DNA of 64,000 bases from an uncultured Gemmatimonadales bacterium (GTDB taxonomy: Bacteria; Gemmatimonadota; Gemmatimonadetes; Longimicrobiales; RSA9). A model generated the notes under the pieces. That model was not told where the DNA came from and made no database searches. It saw only the letters and a program-made list of their open reading frames with translations. The position numbers and the translations under genes were made by a program. Shown here one piece after another: positions 18,877 to 28,307 of the stretch. Where the stretch lies: assembly GCA_963741945.1 (NCBI GenBank), contig CAVUKA010000004.1, positions 1 to 64,000 on the forward strand, read 5' to 3'. Numbering within the stretch: position 1 is the first letter of the stretch; every line of letters begins with the position of its first letter.

Positions 18877-19064
18877 ATGGCCTCCTCCTCCTTTCGGTTC
18901 TCTGACGGGAATGATCGTAGGACGGGGGCAAGCCACAGGCCAGAGCGAGCCGGTGCCCGGCCCTGTCTGCGGTCTCCGGCACGTTGTGGGTCCTCGATAC
19001 CGGTGCACCCATGGGCGGCGACCACCCATGGCCGCAACCCCGCAGTTCCCATAACTTTCCGGCC

Positions 19065-19526
19065 ATGATCGGACCGGACCCGAGCGAGATCCTGCGGCGC
19101 CTCGAGCAGGCGGCCGCCCGCGACGCGGCGGAGCGTTCCGCCGCAGAGGCGGAAGCGGTCCCCGACCTGGTGCGTGAGCTGGGTGGGGAAGGGAACGGCG
19201 GACCGGCGCCGGACCTGACGTTCGCGGGATACGTGGAGACGCACGAGCGCGTCCCCGCGTTCGAGGGCTCGGATGGGCAGCCGTACACGGTGGATGTCGA
19301 CGCCGGTGAGACGGGCGACCCGGCCAGGCCGTGGGCCGGGTTCCTGGTCTTCGTCCGCTGGGCGGCGACCGGGGCAGGTATCATGGGCCACGTCACGTCC
19401 GAGGACGTGGCGTACGGGAAGACCGAGGCAGACGCCCGGGCGGCGGTGCTCGGGCTCACGCTGTACCAACTCAAGAAGGAGCTCGACCGCGCCATTGAGC
19501 GGCGGCGAGAGCTACTGGAGGAATAG
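19065..19526 (+). CDS. Hypothetical protein, adjacent to putB (TAG-ATG)
   Basis: Typical codon bias; globular-looking C-half (PAFEGSDGQPYTV...FLVFVRW...GH...LKKELDRAI); stop directly abuts the putB ATG. Confidence 0.7.
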   Translation: MIGPDPSEILRRLEQAAARDAAERSAAEAEAVPDLVRELGGEGNGGPAPDLTFAGYVETHERVPAFEGSDGQPYTVDVDAGETGDPARPWAGFLVFVRWAATGAGIMGHVTSEDVAYGKTEADARAAVLGLTLYQLKKELDRAIERRRELLEE

Positions 19527-20444
19527 ATGCTTAGAGAGACGCTGCTCTTCCTGAGCGAGAGCTCGCTGGCGCGCAGCTTCGTCACCCACGCGCCGTTCGC
19601 CCGTTCCGCCGCCCGGCGGTTCGTGGCGGGAGAGACGCTGGACGACGCCGTCGCCGCGGGCAGGGAGCTGAACGCCGGCGGCAACTCCGTGACCATGGAT
19701 TACCTCGGCGAGTCCGTGCAGGACCGGGCCGAAGCCACGGCCGCCGCGGACACCTACCTGCGGATCATCGAGCGGATCGAGCGGGAGAAGCTGGACGCGA
19801 ACGTCTCGCTGAAGCTGACCCAGATGGGTCAGGACATCGACGAGAACTTCCTGCGCGACAACGTGGGGCGCGTTCTCGACCTGGCGCAGAGTCAGGACAT
19901 GTTCGTCCGCTTCGACATGGAGTCGAGCGCGTACACGCAGCGCACGCTGGACTTCGCGGACCGCCTCTGGGGTGCGGACGGCCGGCGCAACCTCGGGATC
20001 GTGCTCCAGTCCATGCTCAAGCGCACGGAATCGGACGTCCACTGGGCGAACCAGCGTGGCATGCGCGTCCGTCTGTGCAAGGGTGCGTACATGGAGCCGG
20101 AGAGCGTGGCGTTCCAGGACAAGAAGGACGTGGACGCCAGCTATGTGCGTTGCATGCAGCTCCTCCTGGAGCATGGCAACTACCCCGGCATCGCCACGCA
20201 CGACGAAGGGATCATCTCGGCCACACGGGACTTCGCCCGCTCACACGAAATCGGGCCGGAGCGCTTCGAGTTCCAGATGCTCTATGGCATTCGCCGCGAC
20301 CTCCAGCGGCAGCTCATCGCCGAGGGCTGGCGGCTGCGCGTCTACGTCGGCTTCGGCAGGGCGTGGTACCCGTACTTCATGCGGCGCCTGGCGGAGCGAC
20401 CGGCCAACGTCCTGTTCATCGCCAAGAACATCTTCCGGGGCTGA
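19527..20444 (+). CDS. putB: Monofunctional proline dehydrogenase
   Basis: RRFVAGE, DYLGE, SLKLTQMG, DME, RLCKGAYME, IATHD, EFQMLYGIR, YFMRRLAERPAN. Confidence 0.96.
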   Translation: MLRETLLFLSESSLARSFVTHAPFARSAARRFVAGETLDDAVAAGRELNAGGNSVTMDYLGESVQDRAEATAAADTYLRIIERIEREKLDANVSLKLTQMGQDIDENFLRDNVGRVLDLAQSQDMFVRFDMESSAYTQRTLDFADRLWGADGRRNLGIVLQSMLKRTESDVHWANQRGMRVRLCKGAYMEPESVAFQDKKDVDASYVRCMQLLLEHGNYPGIATHDEGIISATRDFARSHEIGPERFEFQMLYGIRRDLQRQLIAEGWRLRVYVGFGRAWYPYFMRRLAERPANVLFIAKNIFRG

Positions 20445-20500
20445 CGGGTACCGGATCCGGCGGCCGGGAGGCCGGAGGAGCGTCGGCCACGGGAGCAGGG

Positions 20501-21166
20501 ATGTCGGACACGCTGCGCGTCACGGAGATCTTCCATTCCGTCCAGGGCGAAAGCACCTGGATCGGCCTTCCGTGCACGTTCGTTCGCCTCACTGGCTGTC
20601 CGCTCCGCTGCGCCTGGTGCGACACCGAATACGCGTTCCACGGGGGCGAGAAGATGGCCCTGGACCACATTGTGGCCCGCGTGGAGGAGATCGGGACCCC
20701 GCTGGTCGAGGTCACGGGCGGCGAGCCTCTCGTCCACCGCAACGCATTCATCCTCGTGGCGCGCCTCATCGACCGGGGATTCACGGTCCTGGTGGAGACT
20801 TCCGGAGCAGTGGACGTGGCACCGCTGGACCCGAGGGCGCACAAGATCATGGACCTGAAGTGCCCCGGCTCGGGCGAGGCGTCGAAGAACAGGTGGTCCA
20901 ACCTGGACCACCTCTCGGCCGGCGACGAGGTGAAGTTCGTGATCCGGGACCGTGCCGACTACGAGTGGGCGCGCTCCGTCGTCCGGGAGCAGGGGCTCGA
21001 TGCCCGCGTCACCGCCGGGTCGCTCCGCGCCATCCTCTTTTCACCCGTGTGGAACGAGCTCGAGCTCGACGAGCCCGCCCGCTGGATCCTCGAGGACCGC
21101 CTCCCCGTCCGCTACCAGGTGCAGCTGCACAAGGTGATCTGGGGGGCCACTACCCCCGGCGTCTGA
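20501..21166 (+). CDS. queE: 7-carboxy-7-deazaguanine synthase (radical SAM)
   Basis: EIFHSVQGE, FVRLTGCPLRCAWCDT, TGGEP, ETSG, QLHK. Confidence 0.93.
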   Translation: MSDTLRVTEIFHSVQGESTWIGLPCTFVRLTGCPLRCAWCDTEYAFHGGEKMALDHIVARVEEIGTPLVEVTGGEPLVHRNAFILVARLIDRGFTVLVETSGAVDVAPLDPRAHKIMDLKCPGSGEASKNRWSNLDHLSAGDEVKFVIRDRADYEWARSVVREQGLDARVTAGSLRAILFSPVWNELELDEPARWILEDRLPVRYQVQLHKVIWGATTPGV

Positions 21167-21224
21167 CCGCCCGCAGCCGTGGCCAGGCGGCCGCGGCCGC
21201 CCTGGTCCCCCCCACACAACCGGC

Positions 21225-23615
21225 CTACAGTCCGGCCGCCGCCCCGAAGGGGGAGCCCGTCGAGCACGTTCCACTGGATGGCGAGGACGCCGGCCCACCG
21301 AGGTGAGACGCGCTCACGGGAGCCTTGCCGATCTCGTCCACCCTCTGCAGCAGTGGTGTCAGCGCGGACACGACGGCGGGGGCAGGGTCGCCGTCCGTCG
21401 GCCGGCGCTCGAGCCGCGCCTCGACCCACTGCCAGCCGGCCGGTCCCAGCAGATCCCCCGCCGACGCCAGCAGGATTCCTTCAGCTCGCGCGCGCGCCAC
21501 GGTCGCCACGAGACGTCGCCGTGCTTCCATGGCTCCATTGCCGTAGTCCGTGACCGCGCATTGCCCGGCCACCATCTCGAGCACGGAGTCCCGGACGGCT
21601 GCCAGCCTGTCCAGGGCCGACGCCGTTGACGCCAGCCGGCGCAGCACGGGCAGTGGCGGAGCCCCCAGCGACCCCCCGCTGCTCCCGTTCCCGGATGGGA
21701 GCAGCTCCTCCTCCAGCAGGACACTGGCGCTGGCGGAGCCCGCGTCGGACGGCCCCTCATCGGCGCCCGCGAGCGGGGCCTCGAGAACGCGCCGGGCCAG
21801 ATCGTAGGCCGTGGGCGCGCGCATGCGGCCATAGCTCTGCAGGAACCAGCGGCGTGTCTCCGAATACACGGGCGCCACGTTGTCCAGCACCGTGATCAGC
21901 GCCTGTCCGGCGCGGCCCGTGACATCCGGCGGGCGGACCGTGCCATAGCCGGTGAGATAGTCGTCCTGCACGGACGAGAGATAGCCGTTGATCCGCCCTT
22001 CCCGCGCCAGCGCCACGGCCACGAACCAGTCCACGCTCCGGGCGAACACCTCGGCCGGGCGCGTGTCGTGGGTCTTCAGGGAATCCGGCCCCACCCCCGG
22101 GGCCAGCGACGCCGTGGTCAGTCCATTCAGCACCCGCGCGAAGTGGCCATCGGCCAGGCGAACCGCGAGATCGGTGGCGTAGTCGCCACGGACCCGGTAG
22201 CGACGCAGCGCCGTCTGCCAGTCCAGGTCGTGCGCCACTTCGTGGGCGATGGTGCCCGCCGCCGTGGTGGTGGGCAGATAGACCGTGCGCGTGCGAGGAT
22301 CGTGGACCGCCAGCGTGCCGGGGCTCCCTGACCGCGGCCCGAACCGCACGCGCAGCCCTCGCACATCCAGGGATGGCATCACGCGCTGGAGATCCGAGAG
22401 GGCGCTCTCGAGCATGCGACGGTAGTACGGCCGCCACTCCGCCGGAACGTCGTCCGGGAACACCACCGACGCCACCCCGAACCGGTCTTCCAGGTCCCGG
22501 TCCGTGGGACCGCCAAACCCCGGGAACCACGGACGCTCCTGCCCGTACGCCCGCAGCGCGATGGCTGCGGAAAGCACCGCCAGTCGCTCCGCAGGCCGCG
22601 GCTGCGCCCCGTGGCCCAGGAGCGCGTATTCGGCCGCCAGCTCTTCCTCGTTCCGGGAGCGGGCGAAGAAGCGCGCCTCCCGCTGCGCCGCCGGCGCACC
22701 CAGGGCGGACGGGTCGAACGGCGAGATGGCGACCACCACCGGGGTCTCCGCCGGTGCGTCGTAGCGAGCGGACGCCTCGGCCAGCCTGGCCGCCGCCACG
22801 GGCGACAGCAGCGACGAACGTCGAGGTGCCGGCTGAGGGTTGAGCGGTCCCACCCGCGGCCGGGCCTGGATCGACCGGATCCCGTCCAGCAGACGCGTCG
22901 AGAGCCCGATCGCCTCCCGCTCCTCGTCCGCGGATGCCGGCAGCACTTTCGGCTCCTCCACGCGGAAACGGCGGTTCACCCGCCAGACCGTCAGCAGGGC
23001 CAGCGGCTCCGGGGCGGAATCGGTTTCGGCCACTTCCAGCAGACGACGGGCGTCCGCGCGCGCCTCCGCGCGATCCCGGACCAGCGCGGCCGCGTGGGCC
23101 GCTCGCAGAGCCAGCGCCTTCGGCACCGTCCCCTCCGCCGCTGCCATCCCGTACGCCAGCCGCAGCGCCAGCTCGCCCGCCACCGGATCGGACGCGCTCC
23201 CGATCGCGCCCTCGATCAGCTCCAGGTGCCGCGCTCCCGCGACCACGTCCCCTCCCACCGACAGCACCGCGGGATCCACACGGTACCCCGCACCGTCCAG
23301 CGTCGCCGCCAGGAGCGCCCACGCCAGCGGCTCCCGCTCCGCCTTCGCCAGCCGCGGGTCCTGCAGCGCGTACTCCGTCAGGCGGAACGGACTGCCCAGA
23401 CCCAGCCGCGCACGCTCCAGGTATCCCACCTCGATGGCCTGCGACTCCGTGGCCGATGCACGCGTCTGCACCACCAGCGCCGCCGCGTAACGGCGGCCCG
23501 CCTCCAGCTCCGCCCCCGCATCGCGCCCGAACGGCGCAGACTGCACCCGTCCGCACGCCGTCAGCGTGACCGCGGCGATCAGCAAAGCACGGGCTGCGTG
23601 GCGGAGTCCCTTCAT
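21225..23615 (-). CDS. Large lipoprotein with a zincin-like HExxH metallopeptidase domain
   Basis: Lipobox LTAC; GTIAHEVAHDLD followed by RPAEVFAR; TATGAT -10-like hexamer upstream at 23675-23680. Confidence 0.75.
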   Translation of the reverse strand: MKGLRHAARALLIAAVTLTACGRVQSAPFGRDAGAELEAGRRYAAALVVQTRASATESQAIEVGYLERARLGLGSPFRLTEYALQDPRLAKAEREPLAWALLAATLDGAGYRVDPAVLSVGGDVVAGARHLELIEGAIGSASDPVAGELALRLAYGMAAAEGTVPKALALRAAHAAALVRDRAEARADARRLLEVAETDSAPEPLALLTVWRVNRRFRVEEPKVLPASADEEREAIGLSTRLLDGIRSIQARPRVGPLNPQPAPRRSSLLSPVAAARLAEASARYDAPAETPVVVAISPFDPSALGAPAAQREARFFARSRNEEELAAEYALLGHGAQPRPAERLAVLSAAIALRAYGQERPWFPGFGGPTDRDLEDRFGVASVVFPDDVPAEWRPYYRRMLESALSDLQRVMPSLDVRGLRVRFGPRSGSPGTLAVHDPRTRTVYLPTTTAAGTIAHEVAHDLDWQTALRRYRVRGDYATDLAVRLADGHFARVLNGLTTASLAPGVGPDSLKTHDTRPAEVFARSVDWFVAVALAREGRINGYLSSVQDDYLTGYGTVRPPDVTGRAGQALITVLDNVAPVYSETRRWFLQSYGRMRAPTAYDLARRVLEAPLAGADEGPSDAGSASASVLLEEELLPSGNGSSGGSLGAPPLPVLRRLASTASALDRLAAVRDSVLEMVAGQCAVTDYGNGAMEARRRLVATVARARAEGILLASAGDLLGPAGWQWVEARLERRPTDGDPAPAVVSALTPLLQRVDEIGKAPVSASHLGGPASSPSSGTCSTGSPFGAAAGL

Positions 23616-23711
23616 CGGGTGCCCCCGTAGAATGCGGTTGTGCGGTGATCCCGCGGCACGCGCGGGCTCATCCCATCATAAACAGATGTCGTACGACGCG
23701 GCAGTCGCCCA

Positions 23712-24008
23712 TCACTCCGCCTCCTCCACGGCGCGTCGCAGCCGTGGCCAGACCCAGCGGGCGTGGCGGAGGAAGTTCTCGCGTAGCTCGGGGCGGCGGG
23801 CCAGGAATGCCCAGGCGGCGGCGCCCCCCTTTTCGGCGTTGCAGCGGCGACAGCAGGTGACCAGGTTGCCTTCCGAGTGGTCGCCACCCTTCACGCGGGG
23901 CTCCACGTGGTCCACCGTGAGGTCGTCCACCTCGAACACCTGGCCGCAGTAGACACAGCGGTTGCCGTCCCTCGCGAAGATGCTCTCTCTGCGATCTGCC
24001 GTGCCCAT
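23712..24008 (-). CDS. Small stand-alone HNH endonuclease-family protein
   Basis: IFARDGNRCVYCG...TVDHVEPRVKGG...NLVTCCRRCNAEKG. Confidence 0.9.
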   Translation of the reverse strand: MGTADRRESIFARDGNRCVYCGQVFEVDDLTVDHVEPRVKGGDHSEGNLVTCCRRCNAEKGGAAAWAFLARRPELRENFLRHARWVWPRLRRAVEEAE

Positions 24009-24129
24009 GCGCTCCCCTCCTGGCCGCCGTGCTCACCCTTTGATACCGCGCGGCCGCCGGAATGCTCCACGGACCGGGTGCCAGCGGTCCGCGGGTTGTC
24101 GGCCGCGGCCGTTCTCGCGAGCTTTCGCC

Positions 24130-24726
24130 ATGCTTTCCGACCCGCGATTCCGGGCGCTCCGCGCGGCGCTGCATCGGCGCGATGTGGTGCGGGGCCCGGC
24201 GGATCCGTCGCTGGCGCGGGCCGCGGTTCTCCTGGCCGTTCGCCCTTCGCGCCCTCTCGAGCTGCTCCTGATCCAGCGTGCGGAGCAGGAGGGCGATCCC
24301 TGGTCGGGGCACATGGCGCTCCCGGGCGGGCGGCGCTCCGGTGAGGACGAGGACCTGACGGCCACGGCGCTGCGAGAGACGGCGGAAGAGACCGGAATCG
24401 TGGTGCCGAGGGAGGCGGTGCTCGGCGAGCTGGATGAAGTCCGCCCGTCGTCGCGGCGGCGGTTCTCCATTGCGGTGTCGGCGTTCGTGGCCGCGGTCCC
24501 GCAGGAGACGCGGGCGGTTCCCGCCCCCGCGGAAGTGGAGAGCGCGCTATGGATCCCGCTGCCGCACCTGGCGAGCGGGGAAGCGGTGGACGAAGTGCTG
24601 ATCGAGCTCGAGGAAGGGTCGCGGGCCTTTCCCGCGCTGACCTACCGCGAGCACGTCATCTGGGGGCTGACACACCGGATCCTGTCCGGCTTCGTGGAAA
24701 CGGCCCGGGACGCCGGGCTGATCTAG
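24130..24726 (+). CDS. CoA pyrophosphatase-type Nudix hydrolase
   Basis: AAVLL, WSGHMALPGG, TALRETAEETG, IWGLT. Confidence 0.9.
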   Translation: MLSDPRFRALRAALHRRDVVRGPADPSLARAAVLLAVRPSRPLELLLIQRAEQEGDPWSGHMALPGGRRSGEDEDLTATALRETAEETGIVVPREAVLGELDEVRPSSRRRFSIAVSAFVAAVPQETRAVPAPAEVESALWIPLPHLASGEAVDEVLIELEEGSRAFPALTYREHVIWGLTHRILSGFVETARDAGLI

Positions 24727-25856
24727 TCTGCGCCGGGCGCCACCCTGTGCGTCACCCCGGGCTGCCGCACGCCGGCACTGATCCCGTCCAGCTCGGCGCC
24801 GGCAGGGTCGGGGCTCAGGTCGTCCATGGCGGCTCGGACGCGCTCCGCCGCCTCGTCGATGGCCGCGGTGACCTCCACCTCGATCGCTTCCATCCTGGCC
24901 CGGGCGACGCCCCGCCCCGACAGATACTCCTCGAACAGGCCCACCGGGTCCCGCCGCCCCCACTGCGCGAACAGCTCGGCCGGAAACGTGCGACGCGCCT
25001 CCGTCTCGTCGTGCGTGGCATGCCCGCCCATGCGGAACGTATCGGCGACCAGCAGCGTCGGCCCGTGGCCGGCCCGGGCCCGATCGGCCGCGAGGCGCGT
25101 GGCGGCCCACACGTCCAGGACGTTGTTCCCGTCTGCGAAGCTGCCGTGCACACCGTACATCTTCGGCCAGTGCCGGAAGTCGCCGCGTCCGTGCTGGTCC
25201 GCGCGCGTGCCGAGCGCCACCTGGTTGTTCTGGAGCACGAAGATGGCGGGGACGCCTCGCACGGCCGCGAGGTTCATCCCCTCGTGGAACGCCGAGGTCT
25301 TCGTGGCCCCGTCCCCCACCCACGTGAGCGCCACCCGGTCCTCACCCCGCTGCTGGAAGGCCAGAGCCACCCCGGCCACGACGGGGACCATGTCGCCCAC
25401 GTGGGAGACCGGCTGCAGAACGCCGCGCTCCAGGTCGCCGAAGTGGAGGTCGCGCCCGCCGGTGGGGCTGTTGCGCGTGGCCAGCACGCCATGGAAGATC
25501 TCCGCCAGGGGCACGCCCATCTCCGCCAGCGCGCCGGCATTCCGGATCATCGGGGCCACCAGGTCCCGGTCCCGCCGGAGCGCGTGCACGCACCCCACGG
25601 TCACCGCCTCCTCGCCCGTGCCCAGCCACGCTTTCGAGATCACGCCCTGCCGGACCCAGCGCTTCAGCATGATGTCGTGGAGCCGGGTGCGCAGCATCCC
25701 CGCATAGAGGTCCAGCAGCGCGTCCTCGCCGAGGCCATCCACCAGGACCTGGCGTTCCGGGTCTGACGCCAGCCGCACGCGGTACTCCCGCACCTGCTCG
25801 GAGTCGGGCGCCCACGCCGTATACTCCGGCGGGTCGAACAGGGGATAGCGCTTCAT
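24723..25856 (-). CDS. TPP-dependent 2-oxoacid dehydrogenase E1 alpha-like subunit
   Basis: GEEAVTVG, GDGATKTSAFHEGMNLAA...QNN TPP motif, RMGGHATHD, RDP. Confidence 0.9.
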   Translation of the reverse strand: MKRYPLFDPPEYTAWAPDSEQVREYRVRLASDPERQVLVDGLGEDALLDLYAGMLRTRLHDIMLKRWVRQGVISKAWLGTGEEAVTVGCVHALRRDRDLVAPMIRNAGALAEMGVPLAEIFHGVLATRNSPTGGRDLHFGDLERGVLQPVSHVGDMVPVVAGVALAFQQRGEDRVALTWVGDGATKTSAFHEGMNLAAVRGVPAIFVLQNNQVALGTRADQHGRGDFRHWPKMYGVHGSFADGNNVLDVWAATRLAADRARAGHGPTLLVADTFRMGGHATHDETEARRTFPAELFAQWGRRDPVGLFEEYLSGRGVARARMEAIEVEVTAAIDEAAERVRAAMDDLSPDPAGAELDGISAGVRQPGVTHRVAPGAD

Positions 25857-25896
25857 GGCTCCGCGTCCTGGGTGCGTGGGTCCGTGGCCCCGGCCA

Positions 25897-26397
25897 CTAC
25901 GGCTGGCGCGACACGGGCGGGGTGCCCGGCGAGTCCCCGCCTTCCCGCCCGGTCAGGTCCGGCGTGCCCGTGTCCTGCAGCGCGCGTCCGATCCTGGCCG
26001 CCATGACGTCGAGCTCGGACCGGGAAGGGACGGGCGTGCCCGGCTTCGGCAGCTGGAGCTCGAAGCGCTCCCCTTCCCGTACGGGGATCAGGTGCAGGTG
26101 AAAGTGGAGGACGTCCTGCCCCCCCGCGCGACCATTCGCGCTGAACAGGTTCACCGCCGCCGCGCCCGCGGCCGCGCGCACACCGGGCGCCAGGCGGCGC
26201 GCCACTGTCAGGCAGTGGGCGGCGACATCGTCCGGCGTGGAGAAGAGGTCGTCGTGATGTTCCCGCGATACCACGAGCACGTGGCCGGGGCTCGCCGGCT
26301 GGATGTCCATGAATGCCACGGCGCGGTCGTCCTCGTGCACGAGGCTGACCGTTTCTTCTCCGGCCAGGATGCGACAGAAAACACAGCTCTCATTCAT
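25897..26397 (-). CDS. HIT family protein (second copy)
   Basis: CVFCRI, FMDIQPASPGHVLVV, GQDVLHFHLHLIP. Confidence 0.93.
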   Translation of the reverse strand: MNESCVFCRILAGEETVSLVHEDDRAVAFMDIQPASPGHVLVVSREHHDDLFSTPDDVAAHCLTVARRLAPGVRAAAGAAAVNLFSANGRAGGQDVLHFHLHLIPVREGERFELQLPKPGTPVPSRSELDVMAARIGRALQDTGTPDLTGREGGDSPGTPPVSRQP

Positions 26398-26432
26398 GGC
26401 GACCCGGCCCGGTGGGTTCTACATTCAACGGC

Positions 26433-27086
26433 ATGCATGACTCGTCTTCCGCCCCGCGCAAAGAAACGGGGACCACTGAACCAGCGCAAGAATCGGGCAA
26501 CGGCTTCCGGGCCGATGTGCCCCTCGCCATTCTCGAATCCGTGCGCAAGCACGACCGGCCAGCGGAAGTCCTGGAGGATGAGGACCTGACCGCCAGCCTG
26601 CCCCGCCGCCTCGGCCTCACCGGCGTGGTGGACAGCCAGATCCGACGCTACGAAGTGGCTCGCCGCCGCGGTGAGCGCATTCCCCGTGACGACGTGGCCA
26701 ACCTCCTCCGCCTCGTCCTCCGCAGGCCTGACGCCGAGCCGATCCTCCGCGAGGCGGGTCGGGCGCTGGCCGCCGAGCACGGACGGCGCGCGGCCCGTCT
26801 GGGGCGCGTGCTGCCGCGCGCGCTGGGTGATCGCGTGGCCAAGCGCCTGATCCGCGGGCTCATGCGGAGGCTCGGTGGCGGCTCTCGCGTCCGCGTCACG
26901 CGCGATCCGCTCCGCGTCGAGCTGAGCGACCCCGTGACGGGAGGGGACCGCTTCGGGGTCGCGTGTACCCTCTACGCCGCGGCCATCGAGGCGGTCTATG
27001 CCCGGGCCACGGGCCGGAATCCGGATCTCCGCCACCTGGGCTGCGCCGCCCGCGACGGAAAGCAGTGCGTCTGGGAGATCGCCTAA
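26433..27086 (+). CDS. Protein with a C-terminal V4R-like domain
   Basis: C-terminal ACTLYAAAIEAV...HLGCAARDGKQCVWEI (three-Cys V4R pattern); TACATT 7 nt upstream of ATG. Confidence 0.65.
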   Translation: MHDSSSAPRKETGTTEPAQESGNGFRADVPLAILESVRKHDRPAEVLEDEDLTASLPRRLGLTGVVDSQIRRYEVARRRGERIPRDDVANLLRLVLRRPDAEPILREAGRALAAEHGRRAARLGRVLPRALGDRVAKRLIRGLMRRLGGGSRVRVTRDPLRVELSDPVTGGDRFGVACTLYAAAIEAVYARATGRNPDLRHLGCAARDGKQCVWEIA

Positions 27087-28285
27087 TCGTCGTCGCCGTT
27101 CTCGAGACCGGCGGCTTTGAGCAGCTTCGCCCGGATCTGGCGGTTGAACGTGTCCCACTTCAGCCGCATGTGCTCCGGGTCATGCGTGCCCTCGAGGAAG
27201 CCGACGGGGATCTCGAACCCCCCCGCGCGTTCCCGACCGCCCCCGTAATGGCGGCCGCGGAAGTCGCTGCCCAGCGCGGTCTTCAGGAACTGGTCCACGT
27301 CCATCGTGACCTTGCCGGTGCGCACGCTCCCCACCACCAGCTCCCGCTCCCCCTCCCCCTGCACGATCCCGTAGACGATGGCCGTGTGGACGTTCTCCTC
27401 CGTCAGCAGGAAGTCGGCCGCCTGCGGAATGGCGTCCCGGTCGGCGTGGCGCAGGTAGCCCACACCCGCGAGGGAGTAGCCGCCGCGCACGAGCCGGTCG
27501 GACAGCGCCGTCACGATCACGTCCATGGTCCCGTGTGACCGCTGGACGCGCATGATCGTCTCCAGCAGCTCCGGATCCATGAGACGGGTCAGATAGGCCG
27601 CCGCGAGCAGCTCGTCCGCCCCCGCCCGCACCAGGCCATTGCTTTCCGTGCGCAGCCCGTGCACCAGCGCGGTGGCCAGGTTGACGTGCTTCTGGTTGTC
27701 AGGATCCAGACGCAGCGTCTCCCCGCTGCGCAGGTAGTCCGTCATGATCGTCGCCGCGGCACCCACCGGGCGGATGTCCGTGAACTCCGGATGCAGCACC
27801 CCCTGGGGCGCGTGGTGGTCGATCACCGCCGCCGCAGGCACGCCCAGCTCGGCGAGCCGGTCCGTCAACCGGGTGGTCGTCCCCTGGTTGTCGATGAAGA
27901 CCGCGCCATCATAGCGGTCCAGCGGAAGCGCTTCCGTGAAGCGGATCAGGTCAATGGACAGGATGTGCACCAGCGCCAGGTTCTCCTGGTGGCTGATCCG
28001 CCCCTCGTACACGATGTCCACCTCGATGTCGTGCTCCGCCGCCAGCGTGCGGTACGCCATGGCCGACGATATGGCGTCCGGGTCGGGAAAGTCCTGGACC
28101 GCGACAATGTGGACCTCGCCCCGATGCTTCTCCAGGAATTCCGAGAACGCGCGCGCCCGCCCTTCGTCTCCGAAGTGCGGTGCTACATCGAGCGCGGCCG
28201 CGGCCCTCTTCGCGGGTGTCTCGGTTGCAGGTATCATGGCCCCTGGTACACGGTGTGACCTGGTGAGTTGCGAAGGCCATGCCAT
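27083..28285 (-). CDS. DHH family phosphoesterase (NrnA-like)
   Basis: FPDPDAISS, FIDNQ, IDHH, DIRPVGAAAT, YGGGR..AGG. The start may be the second Met near 28237. Confidence 0.9.
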   Translation of the reverse strand: MAWPSQLTRSHRVPGAMIPATETPAKRAAAALDVAPHFGDEGRARAFSEFLEKHRGEVHIVAVQDFPDPDAISSAMAYRTLAAEHDIEVDIVYEGRISHQENLALVHILSIDLIRFTEALPLDRYDGAVFIDNQGTTTRLTDRLAELGVPAAAVIDHHAPQGVLHPEFTDIRPVGAAATIMTDYLRSGETLRLDPDNQKHVNLATALVHGLRTESNGLVRAGADELLAAAYLTRLMDPELLETIMRVQRSHGTMDVIVTALSDRLVRGGYSLAGVGYLRHADRDAIPQAADFLLTEENVHTAIVYGIVQGEGERELVVGSVRTGKVTMDVDQFLKTALGSDFRGRHYGGGRERAGGFEIPVGFLEGTHDPEHMRLKWDTFNRQIRAKLLKAAGLENGDDD

Positions 28286-28307
28286 GGAACGGCCGGCCTG
28301 ACATCCG

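Noticed and set aside
20501-21166. queE as part of a 7-deazaguanine DNA-modification (dpd) island
   Set aside because: No DpdA/TGT-like gene, helicases or other dpd genes are nearby; queG indicates the normal tRNA queuosine pathway.
23712-24008. HNH gene as a homing endonuclease, restriction system or prophage marker
   Set aside because: It is not inside an intron or intein, and no methylase, terminase or integrase is adjacent; small stand-alone HNH genes are common.
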